Origin: Candidatus Yanofskybacteria bacterium RIFCSPHIGHO2_02_FULL_50_12
GTDB lineage: Bacteria > Patescibacteriota > Minisyncoccia > 2-02-FULL-40-12 > GWA2-44-9
Length of the DNA stretch: 35,163 nt
Direction of reading: 5' to 3'
NCBI GenBank assembly: GCA_001794525.1
Contig: MGJZ01000025.1
Location: forward strand, 14,805 to 49,967
The notes beneath the pieces are model-generated. The model was not told the origin of the DNA. It saw only the letters and a list, made by a program, of their open reading frames with translations, and made no database searches. Shown piece by piece: positions 16,417-26,904 of the stretch (position 1 is the first letter of the stretch; each line of letters starts with the position of its first letter). Made by a program: the position numbers and the translations under genes.

Positions 16417-16612
16417 AGAAATATCTACGCGGGGGATTATTTTTCCAGAATATTCGGATTCTCCATACAGCAATAACAGAAATTGGCACTCCGATTAAAA
16501 GGACAGTTAAATTAGGCTTTACAATTCCATATATGACAGCGAAAGCACCGATAAATAGGTAGAATATCTGAGCTAATCCACTGGCCACTTTCGGAGGCAG
16601 CCCTATAAACAT
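16415..16612 (-). CDS. small two-TM hypothetical membrane protein, coupled to rplI (TAGATG junction)
   Basis: 65 aa with two hydrophobic helices. Its ATG immediately follows the rplI stop codon. Confidence 0.45.
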   Translation of the reverse strand: MFIGLPPKVASGLAQIFYLFIGAFAVIYGIVKPNLTVLLIGVPISVIAVWRIRIFWKNNPPRRYF

Positions 16613-17068
16613 CTATTCTGATTTAATTGATATTTTGACTTGAGTACTAATACCTGGCGCAAGATTAACCGTAATCATGTGCTCGCCGGTGTGTTTGATG
16701 TGCTCGCCATGTTCTCCCAAATCAAGCATATCAGGATCAACTAACATACCTGCCAGTTTGGAAGTTTCTTTAGCGATCTCCTCTTTGGTCAGCGATGAGA
16801 ACATGGTACCTGTCTTGGAAGATTTCTTAGAGAATTGCAGAGACACATCTTTCAACATTACTACAGCTTTCTCTGCGGTCTCATGTTCTGCTGTGCTGGA
16901 AGCTTCTCGCTTTTTCTGCAATGCTTCAGATTCTTTAAGTGATCCGTCAGTGGCCACCTTAGCCATGCTCTTCGGGAAAAGAAAATTCCGCGCATAGCCG
17001 TCGGATACATTTTTAATATCCCCGATTCGGCCGAATCCCTTAACATTTTGTAGGAGTATTACCTTCAT
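16613..17068 (-). CDS. rplI: 50S ribosomal protein L9
   Basis: [33 protein letters not shown]. Confidence 0.92.
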   Translation of the reverse strand: MKVILLQNVKGFGRIGDIKNVSDGYARNFLFPKSMAKVATDGSLKESEALQKKREASSTAEHETAEKAVVMLKDVSLQFSKKSSKTGTMFSSLTKEEIAKETSKLAGMLVDPDMLDLGEHGEHIKHTGEHMITVNLAPGISTQVKISIKSE

Positions 17069-17076
17069 AATTTAAT

Positions 17077-17105
17077 ATTTTAGCCTATTCTTGCTTCTTC
17101 CGCAA
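17077..17105 (-). promoter_or_regulatory. promoter TTGCGG-17 nt-TAAAAT, with the -10 element ending 8 nt before the rplI ATG (leaderless-type)
   Basis: Reverse complement of 17100-17105 is TTGCGG and of 17077-17082 is TAAAAT. Confidence 0.45.
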
Positions 17106-17110
17106 CTACC

Positions 17111-17164
17111 AAAACACCAGAGTTCATGGTGTTTTTAAACGGCTCAACGCCCGTTGAGCCGTTT
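17111..17164 (-). terminator. two tandem hairpins downstream of ctp
   Basis: A 12-13-bp stem at 17137-17164, then a 9-bp stem at 17111-17135 that ends in a T-run on the - strand. Confidence 0.6.
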
Positions 17165-17186
17165 CCTTCAAGGTTTCGCCTCGAAG

Positions 17187-18404
17187 TTATTTTAATAGGT
17201 CGAGGGCTTTTTGGAGTTGCGGGTCTTTTTCGGGGTTGCCGATTTCCATGTTTGGCCGATCTTCTTCCGGAATTTCAACTTTAATGTCAGGCTCGATGCC
17301 TTTATCTGAAATGGAAATACCGGCCGGCGTAAACCATTTAGCGATGGTTACTTTCAACGACGAGTTGTCGCGCTGATTGATAAGTTCCTGCACGGAGCCT
17401 TTGCCGAACGTCTTTTCTCCGACGATTTTAGTTTTGAGATTGTCATGGATCGCGCCGGCTAGAATTTCCGAGGCCGACGCAGAGCCGCCGTTGACCATGA
17501 TCACAGTCGGATATTTCTGCAATGACGCGTTGCCATCCGCGGTAAAATCATTTTTAGTCCCATCGCCGAATACTTCGCTTACCACTAGTTGCTCTTCGGT
17601 CAAAAAGTATCCAGCCAGGTTAATGGCAGAATCCAAAAGGCCGCCAGGATTATTCCGCAAGTCTACAATGAGGCCCCGGGCGTCAGATCGGAGAATTTCT
17701 CGAACGGCTTCGTCAAATTGTCGGTCAACCGTCTGATTGAATTGATAAATTTGCAGATATGCATATCTTTTGCCGTCCCGCTCGATGATTTCCCATTCTA
17801 CAGTTGGTACTGTAATCGTAGCTCTGGTGATGGTGACGTCCTTTGTTGCGCTTTCAGTGTCAGTAATCGTGAGAACAACCTTGGATCCAGCCCGGCCGCG
17901 AATCAAGCCCACCGCTTCATCGATGTTCATGTCCGCCGTCGACTTGCCGTCGATTTTAAGAATCTTATCGCCCGCGCGAAGTCCTGCCTTGAACGCCGGC
18001 GTATCTTTGATCGGCGAGATGACAGTAAGGATATTCGCCTTCATGCCGATCTCGATGCCGATGCCGCCGAAGGCGCCCGAAATCTCCTCCTTGAATTTCT
18101 TGGTGGTTTCAGGCTCAAAAAATACGGTATATGGATCACCGACGCTATCCACCATCCCTTTAATTGCCCCATAGACCATTTTCTGGACATCCAGCTTCGA
18201 TTGATCCACGTATTTTTCCTCAAGGTCAGCCCATACCATCCAGAACAACGAGAAATCTACGTCTTCGATCTTGCCGACATCCTGATTTACGAGTCGTTGA
18301 AATGTAGGCGCTTCGTTTTGAGTATTGGAATAGAAAAAACCAGCGCCGAATCCGAGCGCCAAAGTGATAATTATAATCGCCGGCAAAAACTTTCGATTGT
18401 CCAT
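17187..18404 (-). CDS. ctp: S41 family carboxy-terminal processing peptidase with a PDZ domain
   Basis: FGGIGIEIG (PDZ), VNGGSASASEILAGA and TFGKGSVQ motifs, plus an N-terminal TM anchor. Confidence 0.9.
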   Translation of the reverse strand: MDNRKFLPAIIIITLALGFGAGFFYSNTQNEAPTFQRLVNQDVGKIEDVDFSLFWMVWADLEEKYVDQSKLDVQKMVYGAIKGMVDSVGDPYTVFFEPETTKKFKEEISGAFGGIGIEIGMKANILTVISPIKDTPAFKAGLRAGDKILKIDGKSTADMNIDEAVGLIRGRAGSKVVLTITDTESATKDVTITRATITVPTVEWEIIERDGKRYAYLQIYQFNQTVDRQFDEAVREILRSDARGLIVDLRNNPGGLLDSAINLAGYFLTEEQLVVSEVFGDGTKNDFTADGNASLQKYPTVIMVNGGSASASEILAGAIHDNLKTKIVGEKTFGKGSVQELINQRDNSSLKVTIAKWFTPAGISISDKGIEPDIKVEIPEEDRPNMEIGNPEKDPQLQKALDLLK

Positions 18405-19207
18405 TAGATATGACTCAAATGATGAAGGCCGTTTTTTCGGAAATAGCGGATCGCGTCTTTGATGTGCTGTCGAGTCTGGCGGTTAAATAACGCGTCCAGC
18501 GATCCAAGCCGGCTTCGCGACTCGCGCATATGATAATGATACATGCGCGCTTCGGGGTAGAAAACGACCCGATATCCATTTTCCCAAAACTGGCGCGGCC
18601 AGTCAACATCACTCATATAAAGAAAAAGACTTTCATCCATAAGCCCGACGTTATCGATGGCTCTTTTAGAAACCATGAGCGCAGAACCCATCAGCCAGTC
18701 GGCCTCCATCGGCTTTGAGAGATCCTTATCGGCCATGGCAAAACGATCCAACGCGCGGCGTCCGAACGGCAGACGGCCAAGGACAGTTCGACGGCATGCG
18801 ATCGTCAGAGGCGTATAGAATCGAAAACACGATTGCTGGCGAGATCCGTTGAAATTAAGGAGCTGTGGGCCGAGCATGCCGATTTCGTGGTGATCTTTAA
18901 GATAGGCATACATTGATTCCAGACTCCCCTCCAAAGGGATAATATCGGAATTAGCGATGAATACTGCGTCTCCTCGGGCGGCCTTAATCCCCTCATTGAC
19001 GCCGCGCGTGTAGCCGATATTTTGCTTGAAAGCCACGCTTCGGACCGAGGGAAACTCTAAAACAACCTGCTTAGTTTCAACGTCTGAGGCGATATCGACA
19101 ACGATAATTTCATGGCGAAACGAAGGCGAGATGACCTTTGCCAGGGATCTTAAGCAGAGTCGCAACAATGCTGGGTTTTTGTAGTTAACGATTACGACAG
19201 AAAGCAT
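18404..19207 (-). CDS. family 2 glycosyltransferase
   Basis: LSVVIVNYKNPALLRLCLRSL N-terminus and a DxD-like SDI region. TAATG junction with ctp. Confidence 0.8.
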   Translation of the reverse strand: MLSVVIVNYKNPALLRLCLRSLAKVISPSFRHEIIVVDIASDVETKQVVLEFPSVRSVAFKQNIGYTRGVNEGIKAARGDAVFIANSDIIPLEGSLESMYAYLKDHHEIGMLGPQLLNFNGSRQQSCFRFYTPLTIACRRTVLGRLPFGRRALDRFAMADKDLSKPMEADWLMGSALMVSKRAIDNVGLMDESLFLYMSDVDWPRQFWENGYRVVFYPEARMYHYHMRESRSRLGSLDALFNRQTRQHIKDAIRYFRKNGLHHLSHI

Positions 19208-19239
19208 AGAGAATTTCTAACTACTAATTGACCTAATAT

Positions 19240-20235
19240 CTAATCAATAATTTCCTGAAAAATTTTTTTGACTTCAGTCAGATTGCCAGTCTTAGGTACG
19301 AGGATGTAGGAGTTTTGGGGACCCTTATCGACCTTGAGAAGATTTTCATCGGAAATGACGTAGCGCTTAAGACTCACAAAATCGGTTTCACTGGCAAGAT
19401 TGAGGAATTGTTTCAAATCCCAAACGCCGACATCCGTTTTGATATTACTGCGAATCAGATTCATAATCGAAAATGATTTGACCGGATCGGCGAAGAAATC
19501 AAGTGCCACGAGTTTTTCTTTAATAGCGAACATAATCTGCTGCTGGCGGCGCGAGCGGTCAAAGTCGCTAGTGGAATAACGGGACCGGGCATAATACAAG
19601 GCAGATTGGCCATTGAGATGATTCTTCCCGGCCGGCAGTGAGAACTCATACCCCCATTGCTGGGTTTCGGTGAACGGCTTTTCCAGGACCACGTCGATGC
19701 CGCCCAAAGCGTCGATAATGGTCTTGAAGGAGGAGAAGTCGAAGATCACGACTTTATCGATGTATACGCCGGTGACACGGGACATCCGATCTTGAATGAA
19801 TCGAAGACCGTTAGGACTGTGATACGCGCCGTATTCATACGCGGCGTTTATCTTTTCTTTCTTGCCGTCAGTAACCGTAATATACAAGTCGCGGGGAATA
19901 GAAATGATAGCCGACTTTTTAGTAGTTTGATCATAGCTCAATATTTGAATTGAATCGGTAAGCAGGGCTCCGCCGGTTTCCGCGTTCGGATCGTTCTCGC
20001 CCCGGATACCAAGAATCAATACATCAAGGCGATCCGGGTTATCTTTTGGTATTGTATAATCTGCGTCCGGCGTGCCGGTCGGAGTGGCGTTGGCTAATAA
20101 ACCCGTGCCGTCGATGGCATTAGACCGACGTACGAAGCCAATATAGAAAAGACTGACGAGGATCGCGCCAATAGCGCCGAGCGCCAGGAATAATGGCGCT
20201 CGGCTGCGATTCGGTTGGGCGATAGGTTCATCCAT
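19240..20235 (-). CDS. LytR-CpsA-Psr (LCP) family glycopolymer transferase
   Basis: N-terminal TM helix, then LILGIRGE...TDSIQILSYD...ISIPRDLY, typical of the LCP core. Confidence 0.85.
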   Translation of the reverse strand: MDEPIAQPNRSRAPLFLALGAIGAILVSLFYIGFVRRSNAIDGTGLLANATPTGTPDADYTIPKDNPDRLDVLILGIRGENDPNAETGGALLTDSIQILSYDQTTKKSAIISIPRDLYITVTDGKKEKINAAYEYGAYHSPNGLRFIQDRMSRVTGVYIDKVVIFDFSSFKTIIDALGGIDVVLEKPFTETQQWGYEFSLPAGKNHLNGQSALYYARSRYSTSDFDRSRRQQQIMFAIKEKLVALDFFADPVKSFSIMNLIRSNIKTDVGVWDLKQFLNLASETDFVSLKRYVISDENLLKVDKGPQNSYILVPKTGNLTEVKKIFQEIID

Positions 20236-21254
20236 TATGAAAAATAGTTGTGAATCTGATTTGGAGTAGTCAGAGCTTGGCTAAGAATTTCTCGGCGCTT
20301 GCGAAGCATGCGCGGCAGGAGGCGCATAAAATGAGGGAGTTCAGCTAATACTCGAGGCTCGAATAATATCGTATATCCAAGCACCTGGATTTCCCGCCAT
20401 ACGATAAATGGCAGATCACGCAGGATGTTTATTATATAATCATTCTTAAGTCTCGTCCAGCGGGTATTACGCCACTCCAACTGGCGCCGGCGAATGGGAA
20501 TTTGCCGGCGGATTGGCAAGCGAGCGATGCGGGCCAGCCATCCGCGGCCCGCGTGGCTCTTAGTAGTTTGCCGATCATGCCAAGCGATAACCGACGGCTC
20601 ATAGCGCTCTTTCCATCCGGCTAAACGGACGCGCCAAGCAACATCAAGATCCTCGCCGTACCAGAACAAATCATGGTCCACGATTTCCCCCATCACGCGG
20701 ATACTTTCCAGTGCGCTCATCCGAAAGACCGGCACTGCTCCTTCAGCGCCGAATATTTCGCACGCTTGGTCAAAACGGCCATCGTCCGATTCTCCATGGC
20801 CGATATTCATTACTGCTCGTGATCGGGTAATCCGAAAACCGCATGTATCGATAACGCGAGAATCCATCTGATAGGTTTTTCCCTGCAAAGCGCCAACCGC
20901 TGAATCCGATTTCATAATCCCGACCGAGTTTTTGATAAAATCCTGATGCATAACTACATCCACCGAGAGCACGACCACGAATTCTCCGCCCGGGCGCTTC
21001 CAAAGCTCCTCGTGTCCTCCCCACATGCCGCGATTGTGAGTGCCTTGTATGAACTCCGCATGATGAAAATTATCGAAGCGAGATAAGTATTCTTTGATAA
21101 TCTCCACGGTATTATCACCCGAGCCATTATCAAGAATATTGATGCCAATTTGTCTGTGATCAAACGACTGGATAAGAATTGAATCTAAACATCGGCGAAT
21201 ATACTTCTCTCCATTCAGCACCACCAGATTGATTGTGATAGCGGGTTCAGTCAT
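20235..21254 (-). CDS. family 2 glycosyltransferase
   Basis: NLVVLNGEKYIRRCLDSILIQSF...ILDNGSGDNT. TAATG junction with the LCP gene. Confidence 0.8.
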   Translation of the reverse strand: MTEPAITINLVVLNGEKYIRRCLDSILIQSFDHRQIGINILDNGSGDNTVEIIKEYLSRFDNFHHAEFIQGTHNRGMWGGHEELWKRPGGEFVVVLSVDVVMHQDFIKNSVGIMKSDSAVGALQGKTYQMDSRVIDTCGFRITRSRAVMNIGHGESDDGRFDQACEIFGAEGAVPVFRMSALESIRVMGEIVDHDLFWYGEDLDVAWRVRLAGWKERYEPSVIAWHDRQTTKSHAGRGWLARIARLPIRRQIPIRRRQLEWRNTRWTRLKNDYIINILRDLPFIVWREIQVLGYTILFEPRVLAELPHFMRLLPRMLRKRREILSQALTTPNQIHNYFS

Positions 21255-22764
21255 TACTAAAGATTATTCCAAGAGTGACGACGAAAAGTAGCAAAGCGCG
21301 TTCGTCGAATAGGGCCACATCCGTAAGAGAATAAGCGAGTATCCAGGGCAGAGTGATTAGTAGTCCCCCATAATATGCTCGGAAGAATGTCCCCGTTGAT
21401 TTAATGAAGTGATTCAGTACGCGCTTAAGTGCGAGCCATAAGAAATATATCGCGGCGAGTAATGCGAAAATTCCCATCTCGGCCGCAATATGGAGGTACA
21501 AATTGTGAGCCGACGACCCTGCTCGAGCAAGACGGATATCTTGGTCAAGCACGACCGGGAAATTACCGATGCCAATTCCTTTCAGAGGATGACGGGCGAT
21601 AGATTTTAGACTATCGTGCCAAATCGCCAGGCGCTGACTATTTGAAGTTTCACCGAAATCAATGATGGATCGGATTCTCCGTTCAAATAAAGAAGAGTCC
21701 CCTTTTGACAACAGGAATTGCGGCGAGGAAAAAATAGGAAAGGCCACTAAGAATAGGATAAAGAAGATTACTAGATAGGAAGACAGACACGCGAAAATAT
21801 TTCGAGATTCCCGATCGGCTCGGTACCTAAAATATAGCCAAATTAGACTGCACCAGATCACCATGCCTGCCCCAGCGGCCCAAATACCCCGCGTACCGCT
21901 TAAAATGGCCATTAGAAGGGCGATTGGGATCCAGATGGTAGCCAGTAGGCCTCGTGTTCTAACCATGGCCCAATAGCCAGTTTTTGCCAAGGGTTTTTGA
22001 ATGGTCCAAGCGAATAGGGCCGGCAGGCCTAGGAGCAGGAAGATCGGAAATGAATGTGAATCTGGAAAGAGAGAAAAAACTCGGAGAGAGAGCTGCTCGC
22101 CGTAATATGCGAACCAGGTATTGCCAAGATTCACTGCAATGTAAGACCACTCTGTTCCAAAGAGTCGGAGTTGGATCTCCTCGCCCCACAAGCGCATAAA
22201 TTGATAAATATCGATGAAATATGTTGAGAAAACTTGGATAATGCCGACAACCGAAACGATTATAATCGGAACGACTATATTTTTAATCAGTCGCTTTATG
22301 TATTCTTCACGAACAGCATAGTGCGCGATAACAATGCCGATCAATGCAGTATTAATAAAATAAATAATCCGTTTCAGTCCGGTAATTGGATCTTCCGCGT
22401 TCCACAATGAAAGAAATGCCAAACCAAGCAGAATTAACAAAACTTTTGCTATTCGGGACCTAATGAATTTTAAATTTTTTAGGAATTCAAGATCCGAAAT
22501 TATAAATTTTAAGAAAATGATTCCTGAAAATATTCGCCACATATTTAGATTATCGTATCCTGCAGTGAGCGGGATAGCGATGAAAAGAGGAATCGATCTC
22601 ACAAAAAATACTAACCCCTCTTCAAGCGGCATAACGATAAGGAAGAGCGCGAGGAGACCTGTTTCATATGGCACCAGCGAACGAGGAATAACACCGATGA
22701 TGACCAACGCGAAAAACAGGAGATGCCCGGCAAAAACTATATTAGTGAGTCTGGATTTGTTCAA
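21247..22764 (-). CDS. O-antigen ligase / Wzy-like polytopic membrane protein
   Basis: At least 10 TM helices and the Wzy_C-like motif SSAHNLYLHIAAEMGIFAL. Confidence 0.75.
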   Translation of the reverse strand: MNKSRLTNIVFAGHLLFFALVIIGVIPRSLVPYETGLLALFLIVMPLEEGLVFFVRSIPLFIAIPLTAGYDNLNMWRIFSGIIFLKFIISDLEFLKNLKFIRSRIAKVLLILLGLAFLSLWNAEDPITGLKRIIYFINTALIGIVIAHYAVREEYIKRLIKNIVVPIIIVSVVGIIQVFSTYFIDIYQFMRLWGEEIQLRLFGTEWSYIAVNLGNTWFAYYGEQLSLRVFSLFPDSHSFPIFLLLGLPALFAWTIQKPLAKTGYWAMVRTRGLLATIWIPIALLMAILSGTRGIWAAGAGMVIWCSLIWLYFRYRADRESRNIFACLSSYLVIFFILFLVAFPIFSSPQFLLSKGDSSLFERRIRSIIDFGETSNSQRLAIWHDSLKSIARHPLKGIGIGNFPVVLDQDIRLARAGSSAHNLYLHIAAEMGIFALLAAIYFLWLALKRVLNHFIKSTGTFFRAYYGGLLITLPWILAYSLTDVALFDERALLLFVVTLGIIFSND

Positions 22765-24712
22765 AGAATTTTTGGGCGAATGATTGCCAGTTCAATTTTG
22801 GTATTAATGTCTTGTATGCCTCGATCATTCGCTTGCGTTCAACAGTATCGGTTAAGCCTTCTTTGAATACAGCCGCAATTTCATCAATATTTTGCTCATC
22901 TCTGACAAAGAATGCCGCGTCAGCGAATAATTCGCGATTGAGAGCACAATCCTTAGCTACGATCGGCACGCCATGACCGGCCGCTTCCACTAGCGGCAGA
23001 CCGAACGCTTCACGCGAAGAAATATACGCGAACAGCTTCGCATTGGCGTATAGCGATGCAATTTCATCGTCCCGCTCGATATAATCATAATAGATGACAC
23101 GTTCAGACCCAAGTTTTTTGTTGATGAGCGCGACAGTTTCAGCGATGTGCGGCGGATCATATTTATCTCGGCCAACCAAAATAAATTTCAATTCCGGAAA
23201 TTCCGGAGCAATTTTGTCAAACGCCAACAGCGATTCGTATGCTCGCCGTCTCGGAAACATCTGACCAATATAGAGCAGGTACTCGAAGGGCCCTCCTGCT
23301 CCGGCCACCCCTTTGGAGGTAGTACCTAGATGGGCGACGAAGATATGGTCACGGCTGATATCGTAGAGGCGCGATACTTCTTTTGCAGATGCCTCGGAGA
23401 TACATAGGATTTTCTCGGCGAAGCGGGCGGCCCAATTGGTAAATAAGCCGTACGCAAGCCGATAACGAAACGGTAATGAGCCATGCCGATACTCGTGGTA
23501 CACGTCATCAGTAAGCATCACGATCGATTTGCCAAAATATAGCGGCGGCAACATGTACGCCGGGAAGAACATCCAGTCGACGGAATCAAACATAGCTCGA
23601 ATAGGAAGTACGATGTGATAGAACACATTGAAAAATCTTCCGCCAATCACTTTTTTCTTAAACACCGGATTTTGTAATACTGAATCATTTGGAACAAAAT
23701 CCTTGAAGTACAGATGCAATTCGTATTTATCCTGCAATGATTTATCCTTTGTGTATTCTTCAAGAAGATTCAAAACCATATGGCCTACTCCCCATCTCGA
23801 CTTTGGGTCTTCGAGATTTTCGCATTCAATACCCAGTTTAATTCTGGATTTCGTAAATCCAGATATTTGACCGGTGTGGTCGAGGTGGAAATCCAGGATA
23901 CCCTTAAGAATTGCGATCGAAGCTTCGCGCTTGCGTCCGATAATAATTTTGGCTGCTTGTTTTAATCCCACAAAGAAACTCCAGAAAGGAATCAAGAGTT
24001 GATAATGCCAAGGCGCGTGACGATGGTTGAAATATAAGGCATTGCGCATGTGATAGCGTAGGAGCATGGACGAACCTAGCTTCTTGGTTGAGGCAGAAAC
24101 TGCATGAGAAACTACGGGTTGGGATAGAAATGATACCGATATCCCCTGCTCTCGAGCTCGAAGTGAGTAGTCCGCATCTTCAAAGTAGAGAAAGTATCGT
24201 TCGTCGAGCAGACCGATTTTTTGTATGGCCTCTCTGCTGATCGCCATCGCACCCCCGATCGCATAAGACATTCTGATATCCCGCAGAATATCAGAATGTC
24301 TTAATGTCGGTTTAAGCCATTCGACGGTGCCATTGTATACGACCTTGTTCTCCTCTTGAATTGGGATACCGACCACGCCTGACCGTTGGGTAAGTTCTTT
24401 CTTGAGCCCAGTGATGAAATCATTTTCAACGTGAGTATCCGGGTTCAATAACACTAACCAATCTGCTTGGTTTTCGGCCGCTTTTTTGATGCCAATATTA
24501 TTGCCTCCGGCAAATCCTGAATTAATTGGATTGGCTGTGAAAGATACGAACGAGTATTGTTCTGAAAGTTTTTTAATCTCATCAGAGTCATCTTGAGAAT
24601 TGTTTATCAGTATCAGGCTGAATTCTTTGTCAGTTTGTTTTTTTAAAGACTCAAATAATTGTTTAATGTGCTCGCCGCTACGATACCCGACAGTAATAAT
24701 AATCAGCTTCAT
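22742..24712 (-). CDS. bifunctional glycosyltransferase (N-terminal GT2 fused to C-terminal GT4/GT1)
   Basis: The N-terminal ~270 aa carry LIIITVGYRSG, NSGFAGGNNIG and FEDADYSLRA. The C-terminus carries EAFGLPLVEAAGHGVPIVA. Confidence 0.8.
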   Translation of the reverse strand: MKLIIITVGYRSGEHIKQLFESLKKQTDKEFSLILINNSQDDSDEIKKLSEQYSFVSFTANPINSGFAGGNNIGIKKAAENQADWLVLLNPDTHVENDFITGLKKELTQRSGVVGIPIQEENKVVYNGTVEWLKPTLRHSDILRDIRMSYAIGGAMAISREAIQKIGLLDERYFLYFEDADYSLRAREQGISVSFLSQPVVSHAVSASTKKLGSSMLLRYHMRNALYFNHRHAPWHYQLLIPFWSFFVGLKQAAKIIIGRKREASIAILKGILDFHLDHTGQISGFTKSRIKLGIECENLEDPKSRWGVGHMVLNLLEEYTKDKSLQDKYELHLYFKDFVPNDSVLQNPVFKKKVIGGRFFNVFYHIVLPIRAMFDSVDWMFFPAYMLPPLYFGKSIVMLTDDVYHEYRHGSLPFRYRLAYGLFTNWAARFAEKILCISEASAKEVSRLYDISRDHIFVAHLGTTSKGVAGAGGPFEYLLYIGQMFPRRRAYESLLAFDKIAPEFPELKFILVGRDKYDPPHIAETVALINKKLGSERVIYYDYIERDDEIASLYANAKLFAYISSREAFGLPLVEAAGHGVPIVAKDCALNRELFADAAFFVRDEQNIDEIAAVFKEGLTDTVERKRMIEAYKTLIPKLNWQSFAQKFFEQIQTH

Positions 24713-25857
24713 GATTGAAGAAGATTCGTTATTTCTTTTTTGAAATTGTCTAGTGAAAACTTGTCAGTTTGGTTTTTAATTGCAGCCAGATCGTATGTGT
24801 CATATTTCGCATTCAAGCGCGTGAGCGCATCAGCGATGGCTTCCGGAATCGGATCATCGAAGAATTCACCAGTTACACCTTCAACTACCGTTTCCGTCGC
24901 GCCGCCCTTGCGTAGTGCTACTACAGGCTTGCCGAAACTCATCGCTTCGACTGCCGTGAGACCGAAGTCTTCTTCCTGGGGCATGATGAAAGCTCGGCAC
25001 GCGGCGTAATGTGCGGCTACGGTCGAGTCATCTTGAGATCTTAGGAAAGTGATATTTTTATTAGCCTTGCGCTGTAAATGGTGACGCAAAGGGCCATCAC
25101 CGATGATGATGAGTGAGTAGCCGATCTTATTAAATGCCTGTATCGCCACATCAATATTCTTGTAATCGTATAGCCGAGATACAATCAGATAAAAATCTTT
25201 TGGCAAATTTAGCAACTCGGGGTCCTGCTCCATCCGCACCCCAGTCGTGCTCATTTCTATTCCGCGCGACTGGGGTCCCCGCTCTGGGATCACCCCTCGT
25301 TGGAAATTTGCCGGGTTAGCTGGTGGATAGATGACGATAGAATCTTTGTTGTAGTATTTTTTGATGCGAGCTTGGACGGTTTTTGAGATAGCGACGAATT
25401 GATCAACGCGATCGGCAGCCGAAAGATCCCAAATTCGCAAAAAATGCTTCGCGATCATTCGTCCGGTGGACTCTTTGTTTTGATGAGTATTATCCCAAAG
25501 TTGGCGGGTTGGGCTATAGCAGTAGCAGATATGCTTTGTGGAAGGTTTGAGCACCAAGCCTTTTGAAAACGCGACGGAGGAAGATAGCACGGTATCGTAC
25601 CCAGACAGGTTAAATGACTCGATCGCTACTGGCATCAGCCAGGCCAGCTTCGGGTAAATTTTTGTGATAAAGGGCACTTTCTGCAGGAAGCTCGCATGTA
25701 TCTTGGCATCCGGTAGCCACTGCTTAATAAACTTCTTATTGTAAAATAGCGTGTAAATTGGCACGCCTGGATACATCCTATGCAACTCAATAAGGACGCG
25801 TTCTGCGCCCCCTAAGGTATTGAGCCAATCATGTACTAAAGCCAGTCGCACCCGCAA
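24709..25857 (-). CDS. family 4 (GT1-fold) glycosyltransferase
   Basis: LVHDWLNTLGGAERVL N-terminus and EDFGLTAVEAMSFGKPVV...ETVVEGVTGEF. ATGA junction with the next gene. Confidence 0.82.
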   Translation of the reverse strand: MRVRLALVHDWLNTLGGAERVLIELHRMYPGVPIYTLFYNKKFIKQWLPDAKIHASFLQKVPFITKIYPKLAWLMPVAIESFNLSGYDTVLSSSVAFSKGLVLKPSTKHICYCYSPTRQLWDNTHQNKESTGRMIAKHFLRIWDLSAADRVDQFVAISKTVQARIKKYYNKDSIVIYPPANPANFQRGVIPERGPQSRGIEMSTTGVRMEQDPELLNLPKDFYLIVSRLYDYKNIDVAIQAFNKIGYSLIIIGDGPLRHHLQRKANKNITFLRSQDDSTVAAHYAACRAFIMPQEEDFGLTAVEAMSFGKPVVALRKGGATETVVEGVTGEFFDDPIPEAIADALTRLNAKYDTYDLAAIKNQTDKFSLDNFKKEITNLLQS

Positions 25858-25894
25858 TTTATACCATTTTCAAGCTTTTTTGGCGAGTATTCGC

Positions 25895-26896
25895 CTACTT
25901 GCGGGACATGACGTTCTTTTTGTAGGACTCAAGGTTGGCGAGAACTATACCGGTACCGCGGGCAACGCAGAAAAGCGGATCATCGGCAATGCGGGCAGGC
26001 ACGCCGGTGATCTTGGTGATGAGGGTATCGATGTTTTTGAGCAACGCGCCGCCGCCGGAAATAACTATGCCTTTGTCCATAATATCCGAGCAGAGTTCGG
26101 GCGGTGTCACCTCAAGTACGCTTTTGATGATCTGAATGATCTCGCGCAGGTTGTCCGAGATGGCTTCGGTGATTTCATTGGTGGAAACCTCGATTGTCTT
26201 AGGATAGCCGCTAGTGAGATCGCGGCCCTTGATGCTGATTTTCTCCTCATTCGCCTGTTTCACGGCCGAACCGATATTGATCTTAATCAGTTCAGCAGTG
26301 CGCTCGCCGATCGCCAGGCCATGCTTTTTTTTGATGTAATCGACGATCGACTGATCGAGCTTGTTGCCGCCGATGCGGACGGACTGAGCGCTCACGATAC
26401 CGCCTAGGGAAATAACAGCTAGCTCGGTCGTACCGCCACCAATATTGAGAATCATGTTGCCGGAAGGATCATTAATTGGAATCTTAGCTCCGATCGCGGC
26501 CAAGACGGGTTCTTTGACGAGATAAACCGCTTTGGCGCCGGCGTTGAGTCCAGCTTCCATCACCGCGCGCCGTTCCGTCGAGGTAATACCAGCCGGCACC
26601 GAAATGAGTACTTCAGGCTTCATAAAACTCATCACGCCGCCGGCTTTTTTAATAAAATAACGGAGCATCGCGCCGGTGACTCGATAATCAGCGATGGCTC
26701 CGTCCACCAATGGCCGGGAAACCATGATGCTTTCGGGCGCGCGGCCGATCATTTCCTTGGCGCCGTTGCCGACGGCCAGAATTTTATTGTCCAATACCGA
26801 AATTGCCACCACGGAGGGTTCATTTATGACGATTCCCTTCTGAGGCAGGAATACGACTGTGTTGGTAGTGCCTAAATCGATGCCGATGCTGCGCAT
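25895..26896 (-). CDS. mreB: rod shape-determining protein MreB (actin-like ATPase)
   Basis: IGIDLGTTNTVVF, NIGGGTTELAVISLGG and GIVISGGGALL. Confidence 0.95.
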   Translation of the reverse strand: MRSIGIDLGTTNTVVFLPQKGIVINEPSVVAISVLDNKILAVGNGAKEMIGRAPESIMVSRPLVDGAIADYRVTGAMLRYFIKKAGGVMSFMKPEVLISVPAGITSTERRAVMEAGLNAGAKAVYLVKEPVLAAIGAKIPINDPSGNMILNIGGGTTELAVISLGGIVSAQSVRIGGNKLDQSIVDYIKKKHGLAIGERTAELIKINIGSAVKQANEEKISIKGRDLTSGYPKTIEVSTNEITEAISDNLREIIQIIKSVLEVTPPELCSDIMDKGIVISGGGALLKNIDTLITKITGVPARIADDPLFCVARGTGIVLANLESYKKNVMSRK

Positions 26897-26904
26897 AGAC
26901 TGGT

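Noticed and set aside
17589-18407. 272-aa ORF on the + strand
   Set aside because: It is entirely antisense to the clearly homologous S41 peptidase gene (ctp). It has no motifs, SD or promoter, so it is a typical shadow ORF.
25820-26407. 195-aa ORF on the + strand
   Set aside because: Antisense to mreB, whose identity is unambiguous.
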